Made by a program: the position numbers and the translations under genes. A stretch of 33,570 nucleotides of DNA from a virus. A model generated the notes under the pieces. It saw nothing but the letters and a program-made list of their open reading frames with translations. It made no database searches and had not been told where the DNA came from. Of the stretch, positions 17,615 through 25,904 are shown piece after piece; within the stretch, counting starts at the first letter, position 1, and every line of letters begins with the position of its first letter. The stretch is from IMG/VR virus record IMGVR_UViG_3300022916_000637. One strand, written 5' to 3'.

Positions 17615-17908
17615 ATGATTCTAAATAGTTTAATAATCATATTGATTGTTTTAAATATAATAGATCTAATCCAGACTAAAATAATATTCAATAACTATGG
17701 TACTGATGGTGAGTTCAATCCAATTGTTAATCTCATATATGTAAGATTAGGATTTTTTGGAATTATACTTTATAAAATTACATTAATTGGATTTGCTATA
17801 ACCATGTGTTACATGATTGAAAGTATTGGTATTACACTAATACTTATAGGAGTATATGTATTTACAGTTATCTATAACTGGAGAGTAGCTAGATTTAATG
17901 CTTGTTAA
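17615..17908 (+). CDS. Small multi-pass membrane protein (DUF5658-like)
   Basis: Three hydrophobic segments with D-x3-T ... E-x-NP ... K pattern recalled for DUF5658. Confidence 0.55.
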   Translation: MILNSLIIILIVLNIIDLIQTKIIFNNYGTDGEFNPIVNLIYVRLGFFGIILYKITLIGFAITMCYMIESIGITLILIGVYVFTVIYNWRVARFNAC

Positions 17909-17978
17909 TCTTCTAACATAATTCCACCTCCGGTTGAGGATGTGGATTATTTAATATGAGAAAAGATTGGAGATAAAA

Positions 17979-18533
17979 ATGTATGACAATACAAAACCAT
18001 ACTATAATCAAATGGGATATGGTAATGATGTACTAGAACGATTTTGGTCAAAAGTGAATGTAAAGAAACTTGATGATGGATCTGATGATTTAGATTCTTG
18101 TATGGAATGGATTGGTGCTAAAAGTGGACACGGATCTGGTTACGGTCGTTTTAGTATTAAATATGACCAATTTGGAACTCATAGATTTATATATGAATGT
18201 TTTAATGGTCCAATTCCAGAAGGTTTACAAGTTCTTCATAGTTGTGACAATCCATCTTGTGTTAATCCTAAACATTTATGGGTAGGAACTATTCAAGATA
18301 ATTTAAAAGATCAAAAAAATAAAAATCGACAAAATAAAGGAAGTGATATTACAAACTCTATATTAATAGAAGATGAGGTTTTAGAAATAATAGAGTTATT
18401 AAATATTGGTGTTTCACACAATAATATTGCTAAAAAATTTAAAGTATCAGGAGTATCAATAACTAATATTAATACAGGAAGAACTTGGTCACATTTAACT
18501 GGAAGAAAATATAGGAGAAAAGATGTTAGATAA
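17979..18533 (+). mobile_element. Free-standing HNH homing endonuclease with C-terminal HTH
   Basis: RFWSKV, C-x-EW, GYG-x-F, HR-x2-Y, VLHSCDNPSCVNPKHL-x3-T-x2-DN; C-terminal HNNIAKKFKVSGVSI helix-turn-helix; ATG 17979 after GGAG. Confidence 0.85.
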
Positions 18534-19524
18534 GAATTGTGCTTGGATAAAGAAACACCAACCAGCTACGATAGAGAATTATGTGTTTAATAATGATCAA
18601 CACAAAAATCTTGTTACAAGTTGGTTAGAAACTGGAAGAATTGACGGGAATTTATTACTCTATGGAGCACCAGGTCTTGGAAAAACAACTCTTATAGAGA
18701 TTCTTATCCGACATATTATAAAAACACAGTCAGATCTTTTCCGTATGAAAACTCGTTCTGTAACTGAAGTGGATGAGCTAAAGAATTGGGTTGGAAAAAG
18801 TCCTAATAAGAGTAAACATAACATAGTCTACATTGAAGAAATAGATAAATTGAGTAAGGCAGCTCAGGTGACATTGAAAGATGGATTAATGGAAAAACAT
18901 GTAGAAACGTGTGTATTCTTAGCTGCAACAAATCATCCTCGTAAACTTGATCCAGCACTTTTTAGTCGATTTACATATAAATTTAATCTAGATTCATTTG
19001 ATAAATTAAACCTGTTCAATCAAATTGATCGGATTTTGAAAGAAGAAGAAGCCGACTTTGATGAAGAACAACTCGGAATTTATGTCGAGAATAATTATCA
19101 GAAAGGTTTGCGTGACATATTAAATCAATTACAAATAAGTTATATATCTAACAATAAAAAGATTGTCTTTTCAGATCTTATAGGCAATACAGAGATTGAA
19201 GAAAGTATTATTAGTTTGTTCTTAGTTATTACCAAAAGTATTTTAAAGATGAATAACAGTAAATTAAAGAAACAGTGTTTATACTTTCCAACTAATAGTA
19301 TTATAGCTCAAGATTACGTTAACTTTGTGACATTACTTAATAATAACTGGGATATTGATTTTGATACAGTTTTCAGTGAGATCATTAATAACATCGACTT
19401 GTTACCAGCCAAAATGATCGTAGTCAGGTATTACGAAACAATGGACAACAAAAAGTTCACATACCTACATTTAATTAGTTGTCTTTATGAGGTCATTGAA
19501 GCCTGTTGTAAAGCACAATTATGA
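18523..19524 (+). CDS. Sliding-clamp loader AAA+ subunit (RFC / T4 gp44-like)
   Basis: KHQP-x-TIE, Walker A LLYGAPGLGKTT, Walker B IEEIDKL, ATN-x-P and L-x-SRF (SRC-like) motif. Confidence 0.85.
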   Translation: MLDKNCAWIKKHQPATIENYVFNNDQHKNLVTSWLETGRIDGNLLLYGAPGLGKTTLIEILIRHIIKTQSDLFRMKTRSVTEVDELKNWVGKSPNKSKHNIVYIEEIDKLSKAAQVTLKDGLMEKHVETCVFLAATNHPRKLDPALFSRFTYKFNLDSFDKLNLFNQIDRILKEEEADFDEEQLGIYVENNYQKGLRDILNQLQISYISNNKKIVFSDLIGNTEIEESIISLFLVITKSILKMNNSKLKKQCLYFPTNSIIAQDYVNFVTLLNNNWDIDFDTVFSEIINNIDLLPAKMIVVRYYETMDNKKFTYLHLISCLYEVIEACCKAQL

Positions 19525-19526
19525 TG

Positions 19527-19550
19527 TCTAAAACGTGGGGCAAGATCTGG
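19527..19550 (+). promoter_or_regulatory. TCTAAAACGT-N6-AGATCT leader motif, copy 2
   Basis: TCTAAAACGTGGGGCAAGATCTGG followed by AGACAAATATG. Confidence 0.65.
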
Positions 19551-19558
19551 AGACAAAT

Positions 19559-19732
19559 ATGGAAATAGCGAATAAAAGTAAAAAACTTAAAGAATTTTTT
19601 AAAATTCATGGAATAAAAATTAAGAAAGATGAATCTATTAATTGTATTACACTGATTGGTAATGATAAAACTAAATTAGAAATTTTTGCAGAAATAGATG
19701 ATAATCTTCCACATATTGTTGTGATGGATTAA
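19559..19732 (+). CDS. Hypothetical protein (57 aa)
   Basis: ATG 19559 follows GGAG; track start 19535 lies inside the leader motif. Confidence 0.6.
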   Translation: MEIANKSKKLKEFFKIHGIKIKKDESINCITLIGNDKTKLEIFAEIDDNLPHIVVMD

Positions 19733-19752
19733 AACGTCACGGTAAGATCTGG
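19729..19752 (+). promoter_or_regulatory. TAAAACGT-N7-AGATCT leader motif, degenerate copy 3
   Basis: TTAAAACGTCACGGTAAGATCTGG; its TAA is the stop codon of the previous ORF. Confidence 0.55.
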
Positions 19753-19760
19753 TGAATTAG

Positions 19761-19934
19761 ATGGAACAAAATATAAAACCAATAATAGAGAAATTGTGTG
19801 AAGAAGTTGAATTTAAAATTAATTCTAAAACCGTTGTATCTGAAACAAAACCTATATACTTAAAAACCAATCTAATAGACTGTATTAGTCTTAAAGTAAT
19901 TATTGATAAAGATAATGTTGTGTTTGAAAGTTGA
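19761..19934 (+). CDS. Hypothetical protein (57 aa)
   Basis: Manual translation MEQNIKPIIEKLCEEVEFKINSKTVVSETKPIYLKTNLIDCISLKVIIDKDNVVFES; not in ORF track. Confidence 0.6.
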   Translation: MEQNIKPIIEKLCEEVEFKINSKTVVSETKPIYLKTNLIDCISLKVIIDKDNVVFES

Positions 19935-19958
19935 TCTAAAACGTGGGGCGAGATCTAG
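19935..19958 (+). promoter_or_regulatory. TCTAAAACGT-N6-AGATCT leader motif, copy 4
   Basis: TCTAAAACGTGGGGCGAGATCTAG followed by TATCGGAGGAGACAAAATG. Confidence 0.65.
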
Positions 19959-19974
19959 TATCGGAGGAGACAAA

Positions 19975-20292
19975 ATGAAAATAAAAACTAATACATTAAT
20001 TAAAATGAATCAGTTGTTAGCAAAAGGTAAAACTATTGCAGATATCTATGATAAATATCCAAGATATTCATATGATGATATTTATTGGCAAACAAAATAT
20101 CGTAGCTTTGTTGGTACAAAAAGAATGATTACTAATAGAGTGAGAAAACTTCAATTTGTTAATGACAAAGTTTCAAGAAAACATTTAGTTGACGAAATTG
20201 AAAGTCTAACAGACGATCTGTATTATCAATTAAAACAAAATAGTGATTTACTTATTAAAATTGAGAAACTTCTTGGTAAAGTCAATAGGTGA
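19975..20292 (+). CDS. Hypothetical basic protein (105 aa)
   Basis: ATG 19975 after GGAGGAG (track start 19903). Confidence 0.7.
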   Translation: MKIKTNTLIKMNQLLAKGKTIADIYDKYPRYSYDDIYWQTKYRSFVGTKRMITNRVRKLQFVNDKVSRKHLVDEIESLTDDLYYQLKQNSDLLIKIEKLLGKVNR

Positions 20293-20297
20293 TTTGA

Positions 20298-20552
20298 ATG
20301 AATCCATTTAAATGGTTTAAAAATCAATTACAAAAATCTAGAGAAAAAGAAACTAAAGAATTTGAAAATCAAAAGATTGAATTAACAAAAAGACTAGATC
20401 AACTTACAAATGAAATGTTAGCTTCCAAGTGTGCTATAAATAATTTTAAAAATTGTTCTATTGAATGTATACATTTTAATCCTGGATCAGTATTTCTTAT
20501 AAGTGGTATTGGTTATGCTAGTAAAGAACCATCTTGTAAGCTTTGGAGATAA
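20298..20552 (+). CDS. Hypothetical protein with Cys-rich C-terminus
   Basis: ORF track; C-x6-C-x3-C...C. Confidence 0.6.
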   Translation: MNPFKWFKNQLQKSREKETKEFENQKIELTKRLDQLTNEMLASKCAINNFKNCSIECIHFNPGSVFLISGIGYASKEPSCKLWR

Positions 20553-20558
20553 TAAATT

Positions 20559-20780
20559 ATGCTCATTATAAAATTCATAAGTAAGTCTCAAATAGTAGAA
20601 ATGTCATTTAAAGAATCTGATATTTATTTGATTGCTGATTATTTTGAAAAGAATGAAACACCATTTATAATAATTAGTTCAACTGGTATGATTAATCTAG
20701 AAGCTGATGATCTGTTTCCAACAAGAAAATTGAAATATTGGCGTAAAGAAACCTTTCTACCTAAAGACTGGGTTGAATAA
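20559..20780 (+). CDS. Hypothetical protein (73 aa)
   Basis: ORF track; GGAG RBS. Confidence 0.6.
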   Translation: MLIIKFISKSQIVEMSFKESDIYLIADYFEKNETPFIIISSTGMINLEADDLFPTRKLKYWRKETFLPKDWVE

Positions 20781-20791
20781 AGGAATATGAC

Positions 20792-21058
20792 ATGATAATC
20801 TTTAATGAAGAAACAGAAGATATTGATAGTGAAAAACATATTTGTTATTACACAATAAATAATTATCAATCGATTATTTTAATGGAAGTCTTTGAAAAGA
20901 AATTAAAACATCCAGAAGCTAAAGAACATGCATATGTTTATAAATTTGATACTAGAAAAATCAAAGAATTTGATAGGATTGGTGAAGATGCTTCTTCTAG
21001 TATATTATTGGAAGCGGCACAAAATAATATGAAAATCGTCAGAAAGGAAGGTGATTAA
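20792..21058 (+). CDS. Hypothetical protein (88 aa)
   Basis: ORF track. Confidence 0.6.
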   Translation: MIIFNEETEDIDSEKHICYYTINNYQSIILMEVFEKKLKHPEAKEHAYVYKFDTRKIKEFDRIGEDASSSILLEAAQNNMKIVRKEGD

Positions 21059-21272
21059 AATTTGTTATTCTGGCAGCTGTCCAAGTGAACTGTGGTCTGG
21101 AGAATGTGGTCATAAGAAAAGTCAAGGACCAAGACCTTGTAGTTTTGAAACAGATGAAGAAGCAATACAAGCACAAAAAGATTATGAAGATGAAAGAGGT
21201 GATTATCTTTACGAACAATGGAAAGATAGACACTTAGAAAGTCACCCTCGAAATTTTAATAGGCATATATAA
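21051..21272 (+). CDS. Hypothetical protein (73 aa, GTG start)
   Basis: ORF track; overlaps both neighbours. Confidence 0.55.
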   Translation: MIKICYSGSCPSELWSGECGHKKSQGPRPCSFETDEEAIQAQKDYEDERGDYLYEQWKDRHLESHPRNFNRHI

Positions 21273-21607
21273 TGGGATACAGATCTGATGTAGCAATCGC
21301 TGTAAAAGAAGAATATGCAAAAGAGTTTACTAAACTTGTTGAAAAACTTGAAGAACCAGATAGGAAACAACTTACAAAAGATGGATTCATAAAAGCAGTT
21401 TTTTATGAGTCATGTACTTGGAGTGAAATGGATGAAGATATAGAAGCTATTAGTAGTTTCGTAAAAAATCTTGATCCAGAAGAATATGGAATGATTGTCA
21501 TTGGAGAAAATATTGATGATATCGAGTATTTTGGTAATCCTTATAATTTTGATATAGCATTAAAAAGATCAATTGTATTTTATGCCGATTTTAATGGTGA
21601 AGTATAA
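21272..21607 (+). CDS. Hypothetical phage-type protein (MGYRSDV...IGENIDDIE)
   Basis: ORF track; N-terminal MGYRS pattern recalled from phage hypotheticals. Confidence 0.7.
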   Translation: MGYRSDVAIAVKEEYAKEFTKLVEKLEEPDRKQLTKDGFIKAVFYESCTWSEMDEDIEAISSFVKNLDPEEYGMIVIGENIDDIEYFGNPYNFDIALKRSIVFYADFNGEV

Positions 21608-21798
21608 TGCAAACTGTCGAAATATATTTTGATGATTTAACTGATAAAGCTCAAATCAAATTGCTTTCAACATTCGAAACTACTGTTGCTTGTGAAAATT
21701 GGGATCGAATTCCAGTTTTTACAGTTGTACGTACAGATGACGAAGATGAAGAGGCTATGATGCGTTTAATAAATCAAGATAGGATTGAAGAAGAATGA
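21607..21798 (+). CDS. Hypothetical protein (63 aa)
   Basis: ORF track; TAATG and ATGA coupling. Confidence 0.65.
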   Translation: MQTVEIYFDDLTDKAQIKLLSTFETTVACENWDRIPVFTVVRTDDEDEEAMMRLINQDRIEEE

Positions 21799-21986
21799 TA
21801 TATGAAAAATGTGAACCAGTAAAATATATTCCAGGTGATCCTTTTATTTGTGTAAAATGTACTCACTATAAAGGTGGTATTAAATGTGATCGTAATTATT
21901 TCATTAGTTTTTACGGCCAAGACACTTCAAAATGTGAATCATTTGAAGAAGGGAGAATATGTAAACATTGTGGGTTACTAACTTAG
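21795..21986 (+). CDS. Small Cys-rich protein
   Basis: CVKC, CKHC and further Cys in 63 aa. Confidence 0.6.
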   Translation: MIYEKCEPVKYIPGDPFICVKCTHYKGGIKCDRNYFISFYGQDTSKCESFEEGRICKHCGLLT

Positions 21987-21995
21987 AGATTACTT

Positions 21996-22907
21996 ATGGC
22001 CTCAGCCGAATCTAATTTTGAGGAGATGATCCGGCAATACAGCCGGATCTCTCAATTTCCATCAGAACACAAAAACATATTTAAAATTGATAAACCTATG
22101 AGGTGGTTACTTGCTGACGAAAATAATCAATATATCAGTTTCTACCAAAAGGATCAAGATCAAAAATTATTAGATGTTGATATTACTGGTTGTTTTCCAA
22201 CAATTTGTAGATTCCTATTCTCAGAAGAGAATCCAGATTTCGTGACACAAATAGAAGCTCTTGCCGATAAAAGAGAAAAAAACATATATATTGCAAACAC
22301 CCTAAAGACCACTCATTATCTAAAGACTTTGAACATAATTAGTAAGATGGTTATCCTTGGTTTTATATTCGATAGACAAGACTCAAATGACATTTCACTC
22401 TTAGAATTTGAGAAAGATGGATGCCTAATCATCACCACGGATAATAACATTGAAAACTGTGAAATCACTACACCATTTCAGGAGTTTATTACAAGAGCCG
22501 GATTTAAATTCCATATTAAACAATATAATTATTATATCAGATGTAATCATACTAGTTGGTATTGGAGTGAAAAAGATCAGAAATTAAAAGTTAAAGGTAT
22601 CTACAAACATGTTCCACCTAAAATATATGAATTTTATGAAGACTTATTTAAAGGTGTCGTAGTAGACATATCTAATATTAATAAAATATACAACTCAGTA
22701 AGCTTCAAATTTATTCGTAAAAATAATCTTACGACTCTTTTAGAAGATTACTATTATTGTAGTGATAATAAAAGAGTCTTAAATACAACCGGAAAGTATG
22801 AAAAGTATCATTGGAAGAACAGTCAAATAGATCCGAAAGTATATCTTTATAATTTCATTTTTCCAGTATGGTTATTTTACCAAAGAAATCTTAGTAATAT
22901 CATGTGA
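21996..22907 (+). CDS. Hypothetical protein with possible polymerase-palm-like motifs
   Basis: LLDVDITGCFPTIC resembles polymerase motif A; FEKDGCLI resembles motif C. The gene is solid; the function is uncertain. Confidence 0.35.
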   Translation: MASAESNFEEMIRQYSRISQFPSEHKNIFKIDKPMRWLLADENNQYISFYQKDQDQKLLDVDITGCFPTICRFLFSEENPDFVTQIEALADKREKNIYIANTLKTTHYLKTLNIISKMVILGFIFDRQDSNDISLLEFEKDGCLIITTDNNIENCEITTPFQEFITRAGFKFHIKQYNYYIRCNHTSWYWSEKDQKLKVKGIYKHVPPKIYEFYEDLFKGVVVDISNINKIYNSVSFKFIRKNNLTTLLEDYYYCSDNKRVLNTTGKYEKYHWKNSQIDPKVYLYNFIFPVWLFYQRNLSNIM

Positions 22908-22917
22908 AGGAGTAAAA

Positions 22918-23142
22918 ATGAACAATCAAATTCAAGATTTTGCAAAAAGCTATCTAAAAGATTCATTAGTACAATTACCAGAAAATTGGATATTAATGTT
23001 TAAACGTATGTATTCGCATGAAAATTTAGATGCTGATATAAACGATGTAATAGATATGATACCTGAAGATAAATTAGATTGGGCTATGCAACAAGTTGAA
23101 AATTCACTTAAAAAACAAAAGGAAAATTATGGGAACATTTGA
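22918..23142 (+). CDS. Hypothetical protein (74 aa)
   Basis: AAGGAG RBS; ORF track. Confidence 0.7.
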   Translation: MNNQIQDFAKSYLKDSLVQLPENWILMFKRMYSHENLDADINDVIDMIPEDKLDWAMQQVENSLKKQKENYGNI

Positions 23143-23341
23143 AGAAGATTTTAACAATCAATTCAAAAAGCTTTCACAAAAATATCGTGGACTTCAAGAA
23201 AAAGATCTAGAAAGAATGAATCCATCATACTCATGTGTAATCTGTCAGAAATTCAAAGAATGTGGGAAACTTGGAAGAGCCTGTCAAAATGCTATTCCAG
23301 CATCGGAAGAAGAATTTAGTTCTAATTACGAATTTTCGTAA
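23096..23341 (+). CDS. Small Cys-containing protein (true start probably the internal ATG, MGTFEE...)
   Basis: CVIC-x4-C-x6-C; ORF track. Confidence 0.55.
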   Translation: MKIHLKNKRKIMGTFEEDFNNQFKKLSQKYRGLQEKDLERMNPSYSCVICQKFKECGKLGRACQNAIPASEEEFSSNYEFS

Positions 23342-23384
23342 GAATTAACACGTCTTCCAATTATTTTCGCAAAGAGTTTGCACT

Positions 23385-23421
23385 AAAATTTTATATTCTC
23401 GATTTTAATATAGAAATAATA
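23385..23421 (+). promoter_or_regulatory. TATAGAAATAATA putative promoter, copy 4 (only a weak upstream hairpin)
   Basis: AAAATTTTATATTCTCGATTTTAA-TATAGAAATAATA (core 23409-23421) upstream of the topoisomerase B gene; short GCAAA-GAG-TTTGC hairpin at 23369-23381. Confidence 0.65.
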
Positions 23422-23503
23422 TGTATAGTTACAATAGTAACTTTAACTTTTTGTGGGTAATTTTTGTTCTTATTATGTTTTTAGTATATGTGTAGGAGTA
23501 AAA

Positions 23504-25252
23504 ATGGTAAAACAACAAGATTATGTTGCCCTCGATAGCATTACTGCGGTTCGAACAAACCCAGGAATGTTTATTGGTGATACAGAAACTCCTGATCATT
23601 TAGCTGTTGAAGTAATTGATAATATGCTAGATGAAGTTGTTAATAAATTTGCTACAATCGGTGAAGTTTTTATTGACGAATCAAATGAGTTCTGGGTTAC
23701 TGATAATGGTAGAGGATTAAAAATTGGTATCACACAAGATCCAGATACAAAAGAGATGAAAGATAGTATTGAATTATTGTGTACCAAACTATTCTCTGGA
23801 TCTAAATTTCGACAAAAAAATATAGTAGATTATAAAATTCAGATTGGTATGCATGGTGTCGGCTTAGTAGCCGTTAATGCATTTTCTGAATGGTTAGTTG
23901 TTCGAATTAAGAAAGATAATAAAATACATGAATATATCTTCATTGATTCAGTCCCATCAGAACACAATATAACTGATTATGCTGGTGAAACGTTTTCAAC
24001 TCAAGTTGGATTTAAACCTGATCCAAAGTATTTCGACAGTGTTTCATTTAATATAGAGCAAGTCGTTAGTCGATTACTTTTATCTCAATCAGTACATGAT
24101 CATGCACAATTCTTTGTAAATGAAACAGAGATTCCAAAGATCACTTTATATGAATATGTTCGAAATGTATTGTCTATAAATGATGATATTCAAATGTATT
24201 CAATCGAAGAAGTATTTGGTGTTGAAAAATTAAGAATATACTTAACATATATCAATGCCAAAGATAGTATAATTGTGGGTGATGTTAATCTACGCACTAG
24301 TGATGGTACATATATTACAAACACTAGTACAATGATTAAAGATATCATCGCAAATAATATCGATCGCAGATTTAGAAGTCTTAATAATAAAGAATTTCTA
24401 ACCGGTCTTCGATGTTATATTAATCTTACTTTAGAGAAACCAAAGTTTGATGCACAAGTTAAATCACGAATGAAAACAAATATTAAACCATATCTTAAAA
24501 CTATTGAAAAAAGATTAACTAAAATTCTTACCAGCTCTGATATTATGAATACACTTACAGATTTATTAGAAACTAAAATAACCAAAAAAATTATATCTAG
24601 AGCTAGTAGTAAGAGAATATCAAACAAGAATAAATTAAGAGATTGTAGTAAATCACCAGGAGACATATTATATATCGTCGAAGGTGATTCTGCTGATGGT
24701 ACTCTTAAGGTTATTCGGAACAAATCCACAGAAGCTTCTTTTCCACTTAAAGGAAAGATGATGAATGTGGAAAAAGGTTCAGCAATCAAAATTGGTCAAA
24801 ATCAAGAGATTAAACAATTATTGGAGGCATTAGGCCCAGAAGGGAGGCGCAGGTATAAGAAAGTAAAGCTACTGAGTGACGCAGACTCGGACGGTCTTCA
24901 TATTAATCTATTAGCAACCCTCTTTATGAGTAAGTTTGCTAGTGATATGATAAAAGAAGATCGTGTAAGTATACTCCTACCGCCACTATACGGTGCGGTT
25001 AAAGGAAAAACTTTTGTACCATTATATGAGATAGAGGAAACCGAAAAGTATCGGGCCCAGAATTATGAAATCAAAAGGTTTAAAGGTCTTGGAGAAATGA
25101 ATCCAGACCAACTAGAGATTGTCATAAGAAAAGGTAGAGAATATGTAATCAAGTACCCAGATACGATGGATATTGTTAATACTGTCGTTAATAGTACCGA
25201 AACAAGAAAGCAATTAATGTTAACAGACCTAAGTCTAAAAAATTTAATGTAA
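23504..25252 (+). CDS. gyrB: Type IIA topoisomerase subunit B (GyrB/ParE-like), ATPase + TOPRIM
   Basis: GHKL motifs EVIDNMLDE, VTDNGRG, GMHGVG; TOPRIM IVEGDSA, PLKGK, DADSDGLHI, RFKGLGEM; ATG 23504 follows AGGAG (track start 23453). Confidence 0.9.
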   Translation: MVKQQDYVALDSITAVRTNPGMFIGDTETPDHLAVEVIDNMLDEVVNKFATIGEVFIDESNEFWVTDNGRGLKIGITQDPDTKEMKDSIELLCTKLFSGSKFRQKNIVDYKIQIGMHGVGLVAVNAFSEWLVVRIKKDNKIHEYIFIDSVPSEHNITDYAGETFSTQVGFKPDPKYFDSVSFNIEQVVSRLLLSQSVHDHAQFFVNETEIPKITLYEYVRNVLSINDDIQMYSIEEVFGVEKLRIYLTYINAKDSIIVGDVNLRTSDGTYITNTSTMIKDIIANNIDRRFRSLNNKEFLTGLRCYINLTLEKPKFDAQVKSRMKTNIKPYLKTIEKRLTKILTSSDIMNTLTDLLETKITKKIISRASSKRISNKNKLRDCSKSPGDILYIVEGDSADGTLKVIRNKSTEASFPLKGKMMNVEKGSAIKIGQNQEIKQLLEALGPEGRRRYKKVKLLSDADSDGLHINLLATLFMSKFASDMIKEDRVSILLPPLYGAVKGKTFVPLYEIEETEKYRAQNYEIKRFKGLGEMNPDQLEIVIRKGREYVIKYPDTMDIVNTVVNSTETRKQLMLTDLSLKNLM

Positions 25253-25278
25253 AGAGATTTTTAAAGGAGATTTAAATT

Positions 25279-25821
25279 ATGGCAATGGCAACCAGACCCT
25301 CATTTATGCCCAAAATTAAGCCCGTAGTCGAAGCAGCCCCCGCAGCCCCCGCAGAAGCAGCTCCTGTTGCAGCTCCCGTTGCAGCCCCAGCCGCTCCCGC
25401 AGTTGAAGCAGCTCCCGTTGCAGCCCCAGTGGCCGCTCCTGTTGCAGCTCCCGTAGTTGATGCTGTACCTGCTGCTCCGGTTGAAGTGAAGAAAGCACGA
25501 AAGAAACCAAACCGTCAGATGACTCCGGAAGATACGGAATTTGTTGTGGCAAATGTCAAGAATATGTCATATACGGAAATTGCCGAAGCTCGTGGTATTA
25601 CAAAACATCAGGTGAATCGTGTACTGATGGAAACAAAAAAACAGTTGAGAGAAGCATGTGGTGATGATGCTGCTAGTTTAGCAACTGTTGATGCTTATAT
25701 CACTGAACATCTATCTCGTCCCGAAGATACTCGTCCCGGTGGCGGTGCTGGACGAGCATCAGTTGTGAAGGCGTCAATCAATGATATCGTTGGTAATATC
25801 CTGAATGGTCTTGGTAGTTAA
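25279..25821 (+). CDS. Ala/Pro-repeat protein with a putative helix-turn-helix
   Basis: N-terminal (A)APV/APA repeats, then MTPEDTEFVV...MSYTEIAEARGITKHQVNRVL; AAGGAG RBS; followed by a terminator. Confidence 0.65.
   Translation: MAMATRPSFMPKIKPVVEAAPAAPAEAAPVAAPVAAPAAPAVEAAPVAAPVAAPVAAPVVDAVPAAPVEVKKARKKPNRQMTPEDTEFVVANVKNMSYTEIAEARGITKHQVNRVLMETKKQLREACGDDAASLATVDAYITEHLSRPEDTRPGGGAGRASVVKASINDIVGNILNGLGS
25333..25482 (+). repeat. Imperfect in-frame GC-rich tandem repeats (GCAGCTCCCGTT-like units)
   Basis: GCAGC(T/C)CC(C/T)G(T/C)N units encoding AAPV/AAPA; about two-thirds GC in an AT-rich window. Confidence 0.8.
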
Positions 25822-25834
25822 ACACACCGGTAAC

Positions 25835-25866
25835 AAATTGGGTGGCCAATTGTGGTCACTCAATTT
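25835..25866 (+). terminator. Intrinsic terminator-like hairpin
   Basis: AAATTGGGTGGCCA-ATTG-TGGTCACTCAATTT, 14-bp stem with two G-U pairs. Confidence 0.7.
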
Positions 25867-25904
25867 AATATTCTTCTCATTTAGAGTGCAAAGGAGAACC
25901 TCCG

